From Vitrella brassicaformis CCMP3155 (taxonomy: Eukaryota; Protista; Chromerida), in NCBI GenBank assembly GCA_001179505.1, contig CDMY01000209.1:62001-125788 (forward strand): a stretch of DNA of 63,788 nt, in the 5' to 3' direction. Positions 37,143 to 50,100 of this stretch are shown here, piece by piece. The number at the start of each line of letters is the position of its first letter. Position 1 is the stretch's first letter. A program made the position numbers and the translations under genes. The notes below the pieces were generated by a model that did no database searches, had not been told where the DNA came from, and saw only the letters and a list, made by a program, of their open reading frames with translations.

Positions 37143-40100
37143 TCATCCGTTCATCGACATGAAGCTGTCCCCCGGTAACATCCAATAGAAATGCTGACAC
37201 ACTTCGTGGACAACTCGAACCACAAACGACAAACTAAACCCTCTCTTCACATCACCACGATCATGATGTGTTGCTGGTCGGTCTGTCTCGCCCACACGGT
37301 GACGCCGGTGAGCATTTCTCGAGTCGTAGCGTGTCTGTGCCGTGAGGGAATCGTACAGGATCCACCGACCCTCCTTGAGAGACAGCATCAAACGACAGAG
37401 AAGAATACGTACACATTCAGCCATGTGTGCCCGTTGCATGGCGCCCTGTACCTTTCTGTCTTCACGAGCATTAGAGCTCAAGTGAGGTGAGCCAACCAGC
37501 ACCGTCTCGCGACATCCCTGCATGGATGTCAGAGTGCACACATGTGTAAGCAGCGGTGGAACAACAGACCTTTCTCACCTGCGTTTCTCTCAAGCAGCCC
37601 ATCTCTATCGACGATCCATGGCGACCCTTGTTGCCCCTCCTGCCCAACACGGTTAGCTGGAGGTTCAGCGACTCTCCATTTGCCTCAAAGAGTGTCCACC
37701 CGCCAGACTCCTTGCCATAAAATGGGGCCGAGATGACCACGGTAGCCGTTTCATTTCCCCGCCGTGGCTTGACCATCATCTGTGGCACAATAAGAGACAG
37801 GCATTGTACTCCTGTGCTCACTCTCCTGTGTCTCCTTTTCTGACCTGTGCGCCGAATCTTGCCAGCTCCGTTGGGTGAGGGGAGGCGACTGTCTCTGACG
37901 GCATGTCTGCGAGAGAGGTTGCCTTGCGCGACCGTCCATGGGCGATGAGGTCACTGGACTTGAAGCCATAGATGTAACCTGCGGAGTCGAGTGGTCGCAG
38001 GGGGAAGGAACCATGATTGGTGGCGCCAGGGGCACCGACCCATACCATCGCCTGTGCACACACACGGAGCAGTGTGTCTATTGTTCAGCTCGTTCTGTGC
38101 GGATCTGTGGTCACCTCTGACGCATCACTTGAAGGCACCACCGCACACGAGATTCCAAACCTCGCATGCGGCTCAGCATTCACCACGTTAAAGACCTCCG
38201 CCGCGGCCAGGCCGCCACCATCAGCATTTGTGCTCTTCACTCGATAGCCATAAATGGCCCCTCCCCCGACCAATCGCGTGCCACCAGCTCCTTTGTCGTC
38301 GCCATAGAGAGGCGCCCCGACAATGAGGATGGTCTGACCGTCAACTGTTGATGCGCAAACGCACTGGCCGAAGCCATCAGCCAGCGATGGGCTCGTGAGC
38401 GTCAGGTGGGGAGGGGGGTTCGGTTGGCTGTTGTGGGCTCTCGAGAGAAAGACGTCCACTGTGCCTTGCGACAGTGTGGACAGAGTGCTGTTGCCGTCCT
38501 CCAACACGCGGACTGATGCTGCTAGAGGGGACGATACCATCAGGTCATCCTGGCCATCCTGACGCATAGAAACGGCGACACACACACACACACACACACA
38601 CAGTGAGGCGCACCTTCTTGCTCCCTGGCTGGCACACACCTGATCCATATCAGCTGTCGCGAGATGCATCCCATAATTCGATTCTGCCGTGTTTCCATCG
38701 ATCCGATAGTGCGGCAGGTCGGTGGCCGTGAGGGTGATCCGGCCGCCTGTCGGCTGGGGAATTCGATGGAAGACAAAGACCGCCCCAGTGGCATTCTTGC
38801 GCTCACAAGTCAGGTCGATCGCATCTAGCGAGCCTGTAAAAGGAAGAAAGGAACAATGAATGTCCAAGGCTTGGCACTTGCTCGCTGTCATCGCACCTGT
38901 GGATTGTGGTGCGCTGACGATGATATCCTTCTCGCCGTCTCGGTCGAGATCCAGACACTCAACGCTCCAACCAAAGCGACCCAGCGGCTCCACGCCCTGA
39001 AAGAAGAAGAAAGTGGCACTCCTGTGTGTTTTTGGTATGCTCATGCAGAAGACCTCACCAGTATTTCGATCTTGGTCTGCATGTCGTAAGGATCGAAATA
39101 CAGCGTGACACGTCCGCAGGAGGGGCAGTCGGGCGAGGTGGAGTAGCCAGGAGCCGATACGACCCACTCGTCAACCCCGTCACTGTTGACGTCACACGCT
39201 TTGATGGCATGACCTTCATAACCTGCAGGCCGAGAAGCATCGTATTCACAAGGGGTCATCTGTGCATGTTCGCGTACCGTATGAGCCCTCTTTCCACATC
39301 AGCAGATCTTCGTTGCCCCTTTCTGTGGCCGTCTGAACCGCACACGAGGCCACAGCCTCTCTCCCTTTTCTCTGTCAATCGCCCACCACATTGCCGCTTC
39401 CTCTCAATCGACGGAGCCTCTTCACCAGTCCGTGCAGGCGGCCCTTGCTTTCCTGCTTTTGCCTATCGCTGATGTTGTTGGGAGGAATGATGCATTGGGG
39501 CAGTTTGGCCGGCGGGCCGTGCTTGAGCCACTGCCACGTCCGCTGCCACGCTATCAACGTGAAGACGGTCATGTCATCGATTCCTCCTGCCCAGAATTGC
39601 TGCAGGTTTTCGCGGATGAAGGGATTCTGAGACAGAGAGAAGCTGGAGGAACATGACCAATGTGCCATACCAGTGGCTGCCTACCGTCTTGGCGAATCGT
39701 GAGTAGAGTAGTGGTGCTGCGTCTTTCGCCGCCTCTCTCTCGGCACGAATCAGAACAGCGCATCCTGAGTAGAGAGATGCAAGAATACAGGCAAGTGTGT
39801 GCAATGCCGCCGTGCATTAGTTGTTGGTGCTCACTTCGGATCGCCGTTGGGCTGATAGCGAATCCCCTCTTTGCGAGGACCTTGTGCAGTGTTGCCGTGG
39901 GCAGCCACCTGACACAGAAAAGACACATAGAGGATGGATGCAGCGGCCCCACCCACGATGTCTTACCAGTCTTTCGACACACCATTTTTCCGCAGGCTGT
40001 CCTGCACCGAGCAAAACCATCACAACAATGGACACATTATCACGCCGGCTCTCATGATGCACTGACCTCCACGCCCAGCACAAACTCCCCGCCAACATCA

Positions 40101-40676
40101 CCGCTCGTATGCGCCGCCTGACACAGCCCACCATCGCACCCAAAATCCGCCATGCCCGAGTACTGCAGCCACCCGAAGCCTCCCGCCTGCTGCAGCCCAT
40201 GCCAGTTGGTATCCGCCATATAGTGTGACACCATGCCCAGCAGAAAGGCCACAAGCGGCGGGCGGTGAGAGGGCGGCAGCGAAAGGATATGGGAGACGAT
40301 CGTCAAGTGAAAAGGCCGCCAATGGGCGTCTTCTGCTGCATCTGAAGGCAGTGAGATCACACAGGTCAGACCATTGATATTTATCTGTGTGTGACAGCCG
40401 TGGGTACCTCTGTTGCCGCAGCCATAAAAGAAGTCCGGGAAGACGCCTCCAGCCCACGCAGCGTCACGGTGCTCACTGAATGGACAATCAAACGTGAGCT
40501 GACTGCCCGTGTTGCGTGGTGGCTTACCGTAGCAGCGATGCGAACCCCATGTCCATCATGTGAGCGTATCGCATCGCTCGGGTGATGACTTCGATGTGGA
40601 CATTCTCACCGCAGCCGTCGATGGAAATGCAGCAACTTAAGAACAGGACGGAAAGGACACGCCGACTCACATTCAT
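37143..40676 (-). CDS. GPLD1: Glycosylphosphatidylinositol-specific phospholipase D (zinc-dependent PLC/PLD domain plus FG-GAP repeats); 3' end approximate
   Basis: Signal peptide then CGENVHIEV; AEDAHWRPF...LVAFLLGMVSHYMADTNWHG...AHTSGDVGGEF matches the GPI-PLD catalytic domain. FG-GAP repeats: DVNSDGVDEWVVSAPG, DLDRDGEKDIIVSAP, LIVGAPLYG. Confidence 0.88.
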
Positions 40677-40953
40677 AGCTGGGACAGCCGTGATGTCTGT
40701 GCGAAGGCGTGGGTTCGATCGCGGGACAAAATAATTGTACAACCCAAATCGGGACAATGCATAGGGGGCCGCACGAAGAAGCGCTCCCAGGCAACAGGCA
40801 GACACACCGATAAATCATCCCACAACCACCACCACAGACAGTTGAACTCGACTTTCTTGAAATCCACAACACGTGAGCACCAAGAAAGTGCGAATCCCTA
40901 AGCCCGCCTCCAGCGACAGAAGCAATTCAATCCCTCATTCTGGTCCTCCACCC

Positions 40954-42045
40954 CACAGAAGCACGCACAATGTCAACATTGTCATGTCATGGCCCACCCC
41001 AACAAACCGCACGATGACAAGCACACATACGAGACGATAAATTTCGCACACGAACAGCACAGAATCAAGTCATGCGACAGGACCCAAGCGACTGCGACCC
41101 AACAGCATAGATACACCACGGATTAAAGCAGGGATTAAAACCGAGGGATGCCTCATGAGAAGTGAACAAAGCCCGCACATTCATAAAATGCCACAAGCAC
41201 CACACACATAGCTGGCAACCAACAAGCGCACGCCCACAGAGTGAATCCGCGCACCATGACCATGGCCTTTGAAAAAACCCATCTATCCATGCCAGCATGA
41301 ATAGCATCAAAGGACTGCATCTGGATGGGACTGATCCATCCCATATACGCTCTCATGAATGGAACACTCGAAGTCAGACAGACAAACGCCCACGGATAGA
41401 GAAGGACAGGGAGGAGACGAAGATCCCGGCAGACAAAGAGAGCGAGAGGCATGGCAGCCACACAGGACGGACAGCCTTGTCGCATACAGCCACACAAGAG
41501 ACCGACAGGAAGAAGCGATCGCAGGCGACGGACAGACAGCCAGACAGCCGGACAAGCACAGTACGAATTAGCAAACGAACAACACGTAAGGGGGAAAAGT
41601 GAGACCCCACCTTTGTGCTTTGCCTGTCTCTGCTTTGATCCATTCTCTTTCTCGTTGCAAGAGAGCCCAACAGAGCCCCTAGAATACTACAACTATCACA
41701 CAGACATGATAAAGGCAAGCCACCAACCAACCAACCAACCAGTGCACGTCCAGCATGAATCCGCTCACCACAATCCATGACCAAGGCATTGTACATGTCC
41801 GACTGGCATCGATTGATGGCATCTCACACACGCTCTCACGAATCAAACACTCGCAGTCAGACAGAGGAATGCCCGCCCACCCACAGAGAAGGACAGAGAA
41901 GATACGAAGATCCCAGCAGACGAAGAGAAGGACAGAGAAGATACGAAGATCCCAGCAGACGAAGAGAGCGAGAGGCATGGCAGCGGACGGACGGGTTTGT
42001 AGCATACAGCCATACAAGAGACCGGGAGAAGAAACGGTCCAAACA
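40954..42045. repeat. Dispersed direct repeat block R1 (dimeric, ~1.1 kb), downstream of PAN-TM gene 1
   Basis: Long near-identical colinear match to 45829-46580, plus a degenerate second subunit at 41750-42045 that contains a ~39-bp tandem duplication. Confidence 0.92.
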
Positions 42046-42081
42046 CATGCACAAAGTCCGTGAAAGGCAATAGCCTTGCGG

Positions 42082-45000
42082 TCACAGCGTCACTCCGCTG
42101 TCCACGGACTCCGCTTTGCTTGGCTCGGTCCCCACAACCATCTCTGTTTTGCTGCGATTCGTTGCGATGGACGGCAACACGGAATGCAGAGCATAACGCA
42201 GCACGAACAGAAGAATCTTACATATCTGCAAGACACGCGATCCCATGACAGAGATACAATGCAGCTCTGCTGTTGTGTGCGGTAACCTGCCATTGTGCTG
42301 ATGTACCTGGAAGAGTGAAGTCAGGAGAGACATGAGCGTGACGGAAGGAATGCTTTGACCGCCAGCAGAGAGCATAACGTACGATACCTGTACATATCAG
42401 CAGACAAAATACACTTAGCGGAGAGAAACCGTGCTTTTCTTGTTGGCGCGCCCTCACCTGCAAAGCCACCTGCGGGATGTCCTCTACAGGGATGCACACA
42501 GTAGGAAGGACTTACAGGAAGGCTCCATTCGTCAGTGAGGACGTAATTACCTGCCAGTGAGAGAAGCTCGAAACCCAGCATGCTCTTGATGTGCAGCTGC
42601 AGCGACATCGACTTCCACCCAAACAGATGAGACGCAAACAAATGCAAGACGCCCAAGTGCATAAAGGAGCTCCCAAACAGCAGCACGATGATGATCACAT
42701 TCCTGCGGTCTTGTGCGAGCTCCTCCATCCACTTGCAAATGTGCAGGCTCTGCCTGCTGCCGCCGCGCAGCAGGACGATCAGCGCCAGGGAGTTCGCGAG
42801 TGTGATGATGATGAGATGCAGCAAGCCAACCCAAAACACCCAACCCATCTCCTCATTGTAGGAGCGGGCGACGAAAGTGACGTCGGTGATGAAGTCCCAG
42901 AGGCTGATGCTTGCCTGCATGACCAGAACAATGCTAGTTCTCCTCTCGTAATATACGCGGGAGATGCAGGCGACCACGAACGAGCCAAGCAAGAGGATGG
43001 CACCGGCGAGAAGCCAGCCGAGAGAGCTGTAGTTGATCTCCACAGGGCAGCGATCGCCAAACGGCACTCGAACGTTCTTCACCTCCAGAACAAACAGCGA
43101 TAGCGGTGAGAAAACGTCGCGATAATAGTCTGCACACACAGGCACATTGCCTGTCGTACATGGCTTGACTGATGCTCTCTCATACCTGCATTGCACTCGA
43201 GACCCTCGGCTGCAAAGAAAGGGAAAATGAAGGCGGACAACGGCGAGGCCATTGCTGTCTCACCAAGCTTATCTTGTGGGCAGAATTTTGGACCAGAAAC
43301 AGAATGACCGCGCTCCCATTTCTGTATGTCAGCCCACAACCAGCACCTGCACGAAATGTACCCACACGGAAATCTATAGTCCCTACTAGCAGCCAGCCCC
43401 CCTCACGTACCTGGCATTGGTGGTGCTCCAATATGTGCATCTGGGATGTTGCTGGCAGAGAATCTGACACCTCCTGGGTGAAAACAGCCACGTGGGGACC
43501 TCCTGCAGAAACGCGCGAATGCACGTTAGATACAACACACGACAGAGATCCTTTCCACGGACACTGCGTATGTGTCTGTCTCTCTTGTCTGTCTGTCTGT
43601 CTGTCTGTCTGCCTCGTCTCATTGTCACCTCTAACAAAGTAGCCGATCCCTCTTTCGTCTTCTCTCCTTTCCGATAAAACAGTGCGTCCCTCTTTTTGGC
43701 TATTACGAGCCTTTTGTCTGGCTCGTCACTGATTGGCTCGTAATAGGGTTTCTTTTTTGGTCTGTTTATTTGACCAAACAAAGATTTTTCGTTCTGTCTG
43801 TCTGGCATGTTTCTTTCTCCCCTGCTCACGTGTAGCATCCGCAGCCGGCAATGCGATCGTAAGATGCTGAGAGAAAGGAAGAAGGAAGGAAGGAAGGAAG
43901 GAAAGAAAGAGATCATTTCATTCTTGCTCAATTTCTGACTAAGAGCCACTGACTGACAGAGAGCATACATTGTGTCACAGGGAAGTCTGGATACGCCGAG
44001 CGAAGCAGCTCCAGCGAGGTCCACAGGTTCTGGGATTTGAGCTTTTCCACGTCTTTCTCAGGTGGAGTGAGCAGCTCTGTGGGTGGATCGCAGGCCCGAC
44101 CATAAATGAACCCTGTCGTCGTCCCTAACTGACACATCTTGAGCCCTGCACACACATACCGCATCCATGTATGTGCCCACTGTTGCCCATCCCCCATTTC
44201 GCATCTCTCTGTGCTCCCTGACTCACCATCAGGGGCATCGTACTTGGGCAGGCTGCAGGAAAAGAAAGAATTGTTGACGTGTGCAATGTATGTGATTGGT
44301 TTCGCAGCTGACCATGCCCATCCTTGGCGGCCAACCCAGCTCAAGGAGAACCGAACAAAATAGCGGCATTCTGGAAATTCAGCGCACTTCTGAAAGACAC
44401 GCAGATGGGAACAGCAGGCAGGCAGGCAGACACACCACCGCATGACCACTTCCGTCTCCTCCTCCGCGCCATACATTGACGTACCTGCCGACACTCCTCG
44501 ACCGTTAGATTCTTGTGCAAGTACTGTTTCGTAGCGTCGTTCCTGTAGACACAAAGAAACCAATCCGTCAGCGTGCCCATATACGCATATCCCTTTCGTC
44601 TCGCACCAGAGTGTCGCGACCTGACATACAGACACACACACACACACGCGCGCGCGCGCAGAGGGTCCCCTGGGCGTCCTTCGCATCTTTCTTTCTCCCT
44701 CGGCGTACATTATTCTGGTCACATGGCCTGGCCTCGTCAAGGGGGCGGCAATCCTGAGCGCCACGTCGCCCATACGAGCCACTTCCCGCTAACACGGAGC
44801 TGACATTGGTCAAAAGGGAGCACTCGTACTTCCTGTCCACCGACACACAAAAACACTCAGACAGACACGAGCCACGTGTCTGTCTGAGTGACTGACCAAT
44901 CGAATGTCCACGCCATACAGGCGGTATTCTCTTTGCAGGCATTTGCACACTGCTCTGGCATCCAGACCTGCATATGTGACAGACGTAATTGACAGCCTTC

Positions 45001-45393
45001 CCCTGCTCTGTCCCTCGCCCTATCTGTTTGTGTGTGCGTTCACAGGCATTCGTTCCACCTTTTGCGTACTGATGGGATCTGGATCCTGCAGAAAGGCACC
45101 TGCATGACACGTCGAAATCAATTGTGACCTGAGAGATCTCATCTGCCACACCGATTACCGACCATCGAGCGTGGCGTTCCATTGCTGCACGACAAAAGCA
45201 ATCATGCATGACCGAATGATGCTTGAGTGGATTTGCTCACCCAGCAGTCGCCGTTGAGCTGTTCGAGAGTGGCTGCCTGTCTGACAGCAATCTGGGTTGC
45301 AGGTGGCCGGTACTGGACTTGTGCCGACGCGCAAGCAATGATGATACAGGCGCAAAGGCAGAGCGCTGGCGCTTGGCACGAGTGCAGCTCCAT
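42082..45393 (-). CDS. PAN/apple-domain surface protein fused to a ~6-TM domain with an EDIPQ motif (gene 1)
   Basis: Signal peptide MELHSCQAPALCLCACIIIACASA. Apple-like Cys patterns: EQCANACKENTACMAWTFDW|KYECSL, CRQ|KCAEFPECRYF, CQILCQQHPRCTYWS. TM region includes LWDFITDVTF and the spliced ELLSLA|EDIPQVALQ. Confidence 0.75.
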
Positions 45394-45828
45394 GGAGGGG
45401 AGATCTGCGTTCGGGAAAAACCCATGTAACGGAACTCTACGTACTCATCGCTAACACGATGCGAGAGAGAAGGGAAGGATACGAGAAATGAACATACCAA
45501 GAGACTGCAATGGAGAAAATTGAGAGACATGTCCTACATAACTTGGGATGCTTTGTTGGCACGCCCACTTCCGTTTTCCTTTTCATGACATATGTCCTTT
45601 TAAACTTGACAGCATCATCACATCGTCTTTATTGTCCTCTATGACTACAGGAAGTGTGCATGACTTCATCTTCGAGCCTTAAGTAAGTACGACTCGGGGG
45701 TATACGAGTAAGTAATTACGACTCGGGAGTATACGACTCTCTCGAAAGCGAGAGATCCTTCCACGCTTATTTTGGCCCTTGCTCCCTAGTGCCCGCCGTA
45801 CGAAGGCAAGGCGGCGTCGCCCAGATCA

Positions 45829-47170
45829 CACAGAAGCACGCACACGGCCCGCGCAACAAACCACACGATGATAAGCACACACAGTGTCACACACGAGACG
45901 ATACACTCGTACACACACGGGTAGCATGAAGCCAAGCACAATCACATCACCACACAGCACCCAAGCGACTGCGGCCCACAGCATAGATACACCACGGATT
46001 AAAGCAGGGATTGAAACCGAGGGATACCTCGTGAGAAGTCAACATGACCCGCACATCCATAAAATGCCACAACCATTCACACACGCATATCGGACAGCCA
46101 ACAAGCGAACGCCCACAGAGTGAATGCGCGCACCATGACCATGGCCGACGAAAAACCCATCTATCCATGCCAGCATGAATAGCATCAAAGGAGTGCATCT
46201 GGATGGGACTGATCCATCCCATATACGCTCTCATGAATGGAGCACTCGAAGTCAGACAGACAAACGCCCACGAAGAGAGAAACACAGGGAGGAGACGAAG
46301 ATCCCCACAGACAAAGAGAGCGAGAGGCATGGCAGCCACACAGGACGGACAGCCGTGTAACAGACAGCCACACAAGAGACCGACAGGAAGAAGCGATTGC
46401 AGGCGACGGACAGACAGCCAGACAGCCGGACAAGCACAGTACGAATTAGCAAACGAACAACACGTAAGGGGGAAAAGTGAGACCCCACCTTTGTGCTTTG
46501 CCTGTCTCTGCTTTGATCCATTCTCTTTCTCGTTGCAAGAGAGCCCAACAGAGCCCCAACTATCACACAGATGATCCACGCAAGCCTCATAAAACCACAT
46601 AGGGGCACCCACAATAAGCGTTCGCACGGCATGAACGTCAGACATGTCAGCATGGCAGATAAAGAACTCATCCGTCCATGCCCTAGCACCCACTCTGACA
46701 GCACGAGGTCAAACCAAGCCACAGCACCCAAGCGACTGCGACCCACTAGCATAGATACACTACGGAATAAAAGGAATTCTCTGTCCCTCAACTACAATTG
46801 CCTCAGACATTTTACGGGCAACCGCTATAAAAGCGTACGCACGATCAACCAACGCACGTACGGTACGGATGCGTCCACCATCTGGATGGGACTGATCCAT
46901 CCCATACGCGCTCTCATGAATGGAACACTCGAAGTTAGACAGATGGACGCCCGCCCACAGAGAGGGACAGGGAGGAGACGAAGATCCCGGCAGACGAAGA
47001 GAGCGAGACACATGGAGACGTACGAGACGGACAGCCTCGTAGCAGACAGCCACACAAGAGACCGACAGAAAGAAGCGAGCGCAGGCGACGGAGAGACAGC
47101 CAGACAGCCGGACAAGCACAGTACGAACCAGCAAACGAACAACACGTAAGGGGAAGAAGTGAGACCCCAC
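45829..47170. repeat. Dispersed direct repeat block R2 (dimeric, ~1.3 kb), abutting the stop codon of PAN-TM gene 2
   Basis: Subunits ~45950-46720 and 46720-47170 are homologous to R1. The hairpin GGATGGGACTGATCCATCC occurs at 46201 and 46884. Confidence 0.92.
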
Positions 47171-50100
47171 TACGGAGTACCTGTGTTTTGCCTCGTGCCA
47201 ATCTCTCCTTTGCCCTGCCCCCGCGGCCAAGTAGCCAACACGAACCGCACGATTACCCCCAGTATGTTGACGGCCGACAACGCCAGAGCTGACAGTGTCA
47301 ACGGAGGAACAGAGTCCGCCAGTGCCCCATCGCCTCCACTCAAAAACAAGGTCAGAAGCTGCATGCAGCGGCCAAAGATATACAACGCACATACATAGTC
47401 ACGATTGTCCTTCCCCTGTTTCGCTCTCACCTGAACGATACAGATCGGCACGTCGCCGACCAATGACAGCAGCTCGAGAGATGCGAACGCGTCACTTGCC
47501 ACTGGGGTAGACAGGAATGGCAAGTCTGCCAGCTTGGACCACATGATGTGAAGCACACCAATGCTGAGTAACCACAGGCAAGGCACACACAAATCATACA
47601 TGATGCGTCATGTCTGCATGTCTGCGTGCACCCTCACTGACCTGAAAAATGACGCAAAGAACACCAGAACGAGGCCGGACCCTCTCTGTCCCTGCACCGT
47701 ATCTCCCTCCCCCTGCACCGTGTCTCCCTCCCACTCCCGAGAGAGGGATTTCCTGCTCAGAGTGGCGTGCCACTCGTGAGAGAGGGATTTCCTGCTCAGA
47801 GTGGCGTGCTTGCCACCACTGCTGCTGTGCTCCGTCTCGGCATCTTGCCCCCCGCCACTCGATTCAGCCGGAGGGGTAAAGCAAGGGACGGACTGGGTCT
47901 CGCAGGGCACTGCGCGGCGACTGTCGCTGATATCCTCTTCCGTGAGGATGCACGTCTTGGTCGACTCTGACGGCTTGACAGATGCGGCGCCAGATTCCGT
48001 GGCGGATGGTTCGTGCTGATGAAGGGAGGGAGGGAAGACTGCTGCGGAAGAGAGCTCAGATATCGAGAAGGTTGGACAGTAGGACACGACGTCGTCCACA
48101 TCGCCGTCTTTGGGGCTATCTCTAGGCCCGGCCGTGTGCATGACGATTGACGCATCGAAGGTCACGGCTTTCTTGACGGGCACAAACGTTTCGGTGTCTG
48201 AGGGCGGCTTCTTGGGTATTGTCGACGACCTCTCGAACCACCTTCGATAAGTAGGATTACGCAGGACCTGACAGCACACATGCATGCAACACATGTGCAC
48301 GGCGGCTACGCGCTTCACTCATTTGCTGTCGCGTACCCATGACATGTTGTATATGACCACAGATGCCTCATTGAACAGCACGCGAGCCACAAACAAAGCC
48401 GCGCCGATCCAAAACAATAACCCATTGTGGCCAAAGCGGAACATAGACGCAACGAACAACACTGAATAGAACAGACAGTCAGACAGATACACAGACGTAC
48501 ACACGATGATCACGATGACCCATCTCTCCTTCTTGTTGTTGAACTCACCGTGAACAATCGATCCAAGGCCGGCGATGACCGCTGCCAGCACCCGCCAAAT
48601 GACCGTCTGGCCATTCTGCTTTCTACGATGAAGCGCGTAGGCAAATGCGACGAGCACAATCGTCCACACAGCGAGGAGTATCACAAACGGACGAAAGTCG
48701 ATCTGTGAACACAAAGAACGACAGAGGAGGCCATTGGCATGGAGCTGATGCCTTTTTTTGGTCCTTTTTCCTACGTTAAAAGGGCAGCTCTGGCCATAGC
48801 CCATGCTCACATTAGGCACCCGCAGCACGAGGAGCGCAAATGTGCCGTAACGAGCGCGGTAGTGATCCACGTTGCAAACATACCCCTCCTCTGCAGTGCA
48901 GCCACATCAAAACAGAAGCACAGCCGTGAGGGTCAGTCGGGGTGTATTCACGGCATTGTTTGCTTCGTGCCTGCACAAAATGCATACCGATGAGCTGCTG
49001 AGGGCACTGACGGGGGCCACTGACACTGATGGGGGCCGACTGGTCTGCAACCCAGCTTGTCACATTCGCCCACAAGACACACTCGTTTACCACCGACTGA
49101 AACGCCTCGCACAGCGGAGTCAGCTGGCACTAGAATCACGGACAGGCACACAAAATCAAGGAGATTCAACCACTCAGACTTTTTCCCGGACATTGGCGGC
49201 CTGCAATCAGGTGCACCACTCACCTGAATCTGGCAGTCTCCTGGTGGGAAGTGCCATCTGCACATGACAACACAGAAGGAGCATAACCAATAGATCCTCC
49301 CGACGCGGCCCACATTCCTGTCTCTCTCTCACATGAGCAGTGATTGCAGAACTGTTGCGGTGTTCGGGTCTGGCTGCAGCCCGATATGGTAGCAACCGCA
49401 GTTCTCGACTGGCTCATCCGCCTTGACCGCATAGGGCAATGAGACGTTGAGGAACGGAGGGATACCCCGGTCCCCTCTGTGATAACCCCGCTCCTCCTTG
49501 GTGCCTTTCTTGCCCAGGGCCCGTGAATTTGCATCGACTGGTAGGCCGAAATACAGGGACGGGTCAGCAGGGGTCATGTGCATCCCGCCTGCGTCAAAAG
49601 GGGGCATGTGGGCCGGAGGGAATGGGGCGTCTGGCGGACCGCAGTCATGGCCATCCACATCCCCACTAATGACACCAGGCATGCACACTCGCACACGGGT
49701 GTTGTCGAGGAGGAAGCACACGTTGCTGAGCAGTTTTCCCTCTCGGTCGGGGCTCGGGTAGCGGGGGTGGAATGAGAAGCCTTCGCACTGGGAGAAATCG
49801 AACACAGAATGTCCATTAGCACGTTCGTTGTGCATTTGGTTGGGATCTGTCTGTCGGGTCGCCCACCTGTGCAATGGCGTGGCAGCGTGCATGGCAGTCG
49901 TGGACGGTGGCGTTGTCTTTGTAGTCCCATGCCTCTTGTCTTCGAATACCGCCATCGATTGTGAGAATATTATGCATGATCGCTCCGACACCATACTGAT
50001 AACACGACGACACGATCGAACCTGATAGACAGACAGGCAGCCAGACAGACAGACGTGCAAATACGCCGGCCGACACCCTCTCGCCGTCCGTCCCCTTCTC

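Noticed and set aside
41323-41341. Hammerhead ribozyme or C/D snoRNA suggested by CTGA motifs
   Set aside because: No CUGANGA plus GAAA three-way junction and no paired box C (RUGAUGA) in a suitable position was found.
40954-47170. R1/R2 as LTRs of a retrotransposon
   Set aside because: No gag/RT/integrase ORF, no recognisable TG..CA termini or primer-binding site, and the enclosed gene is intron-rich.
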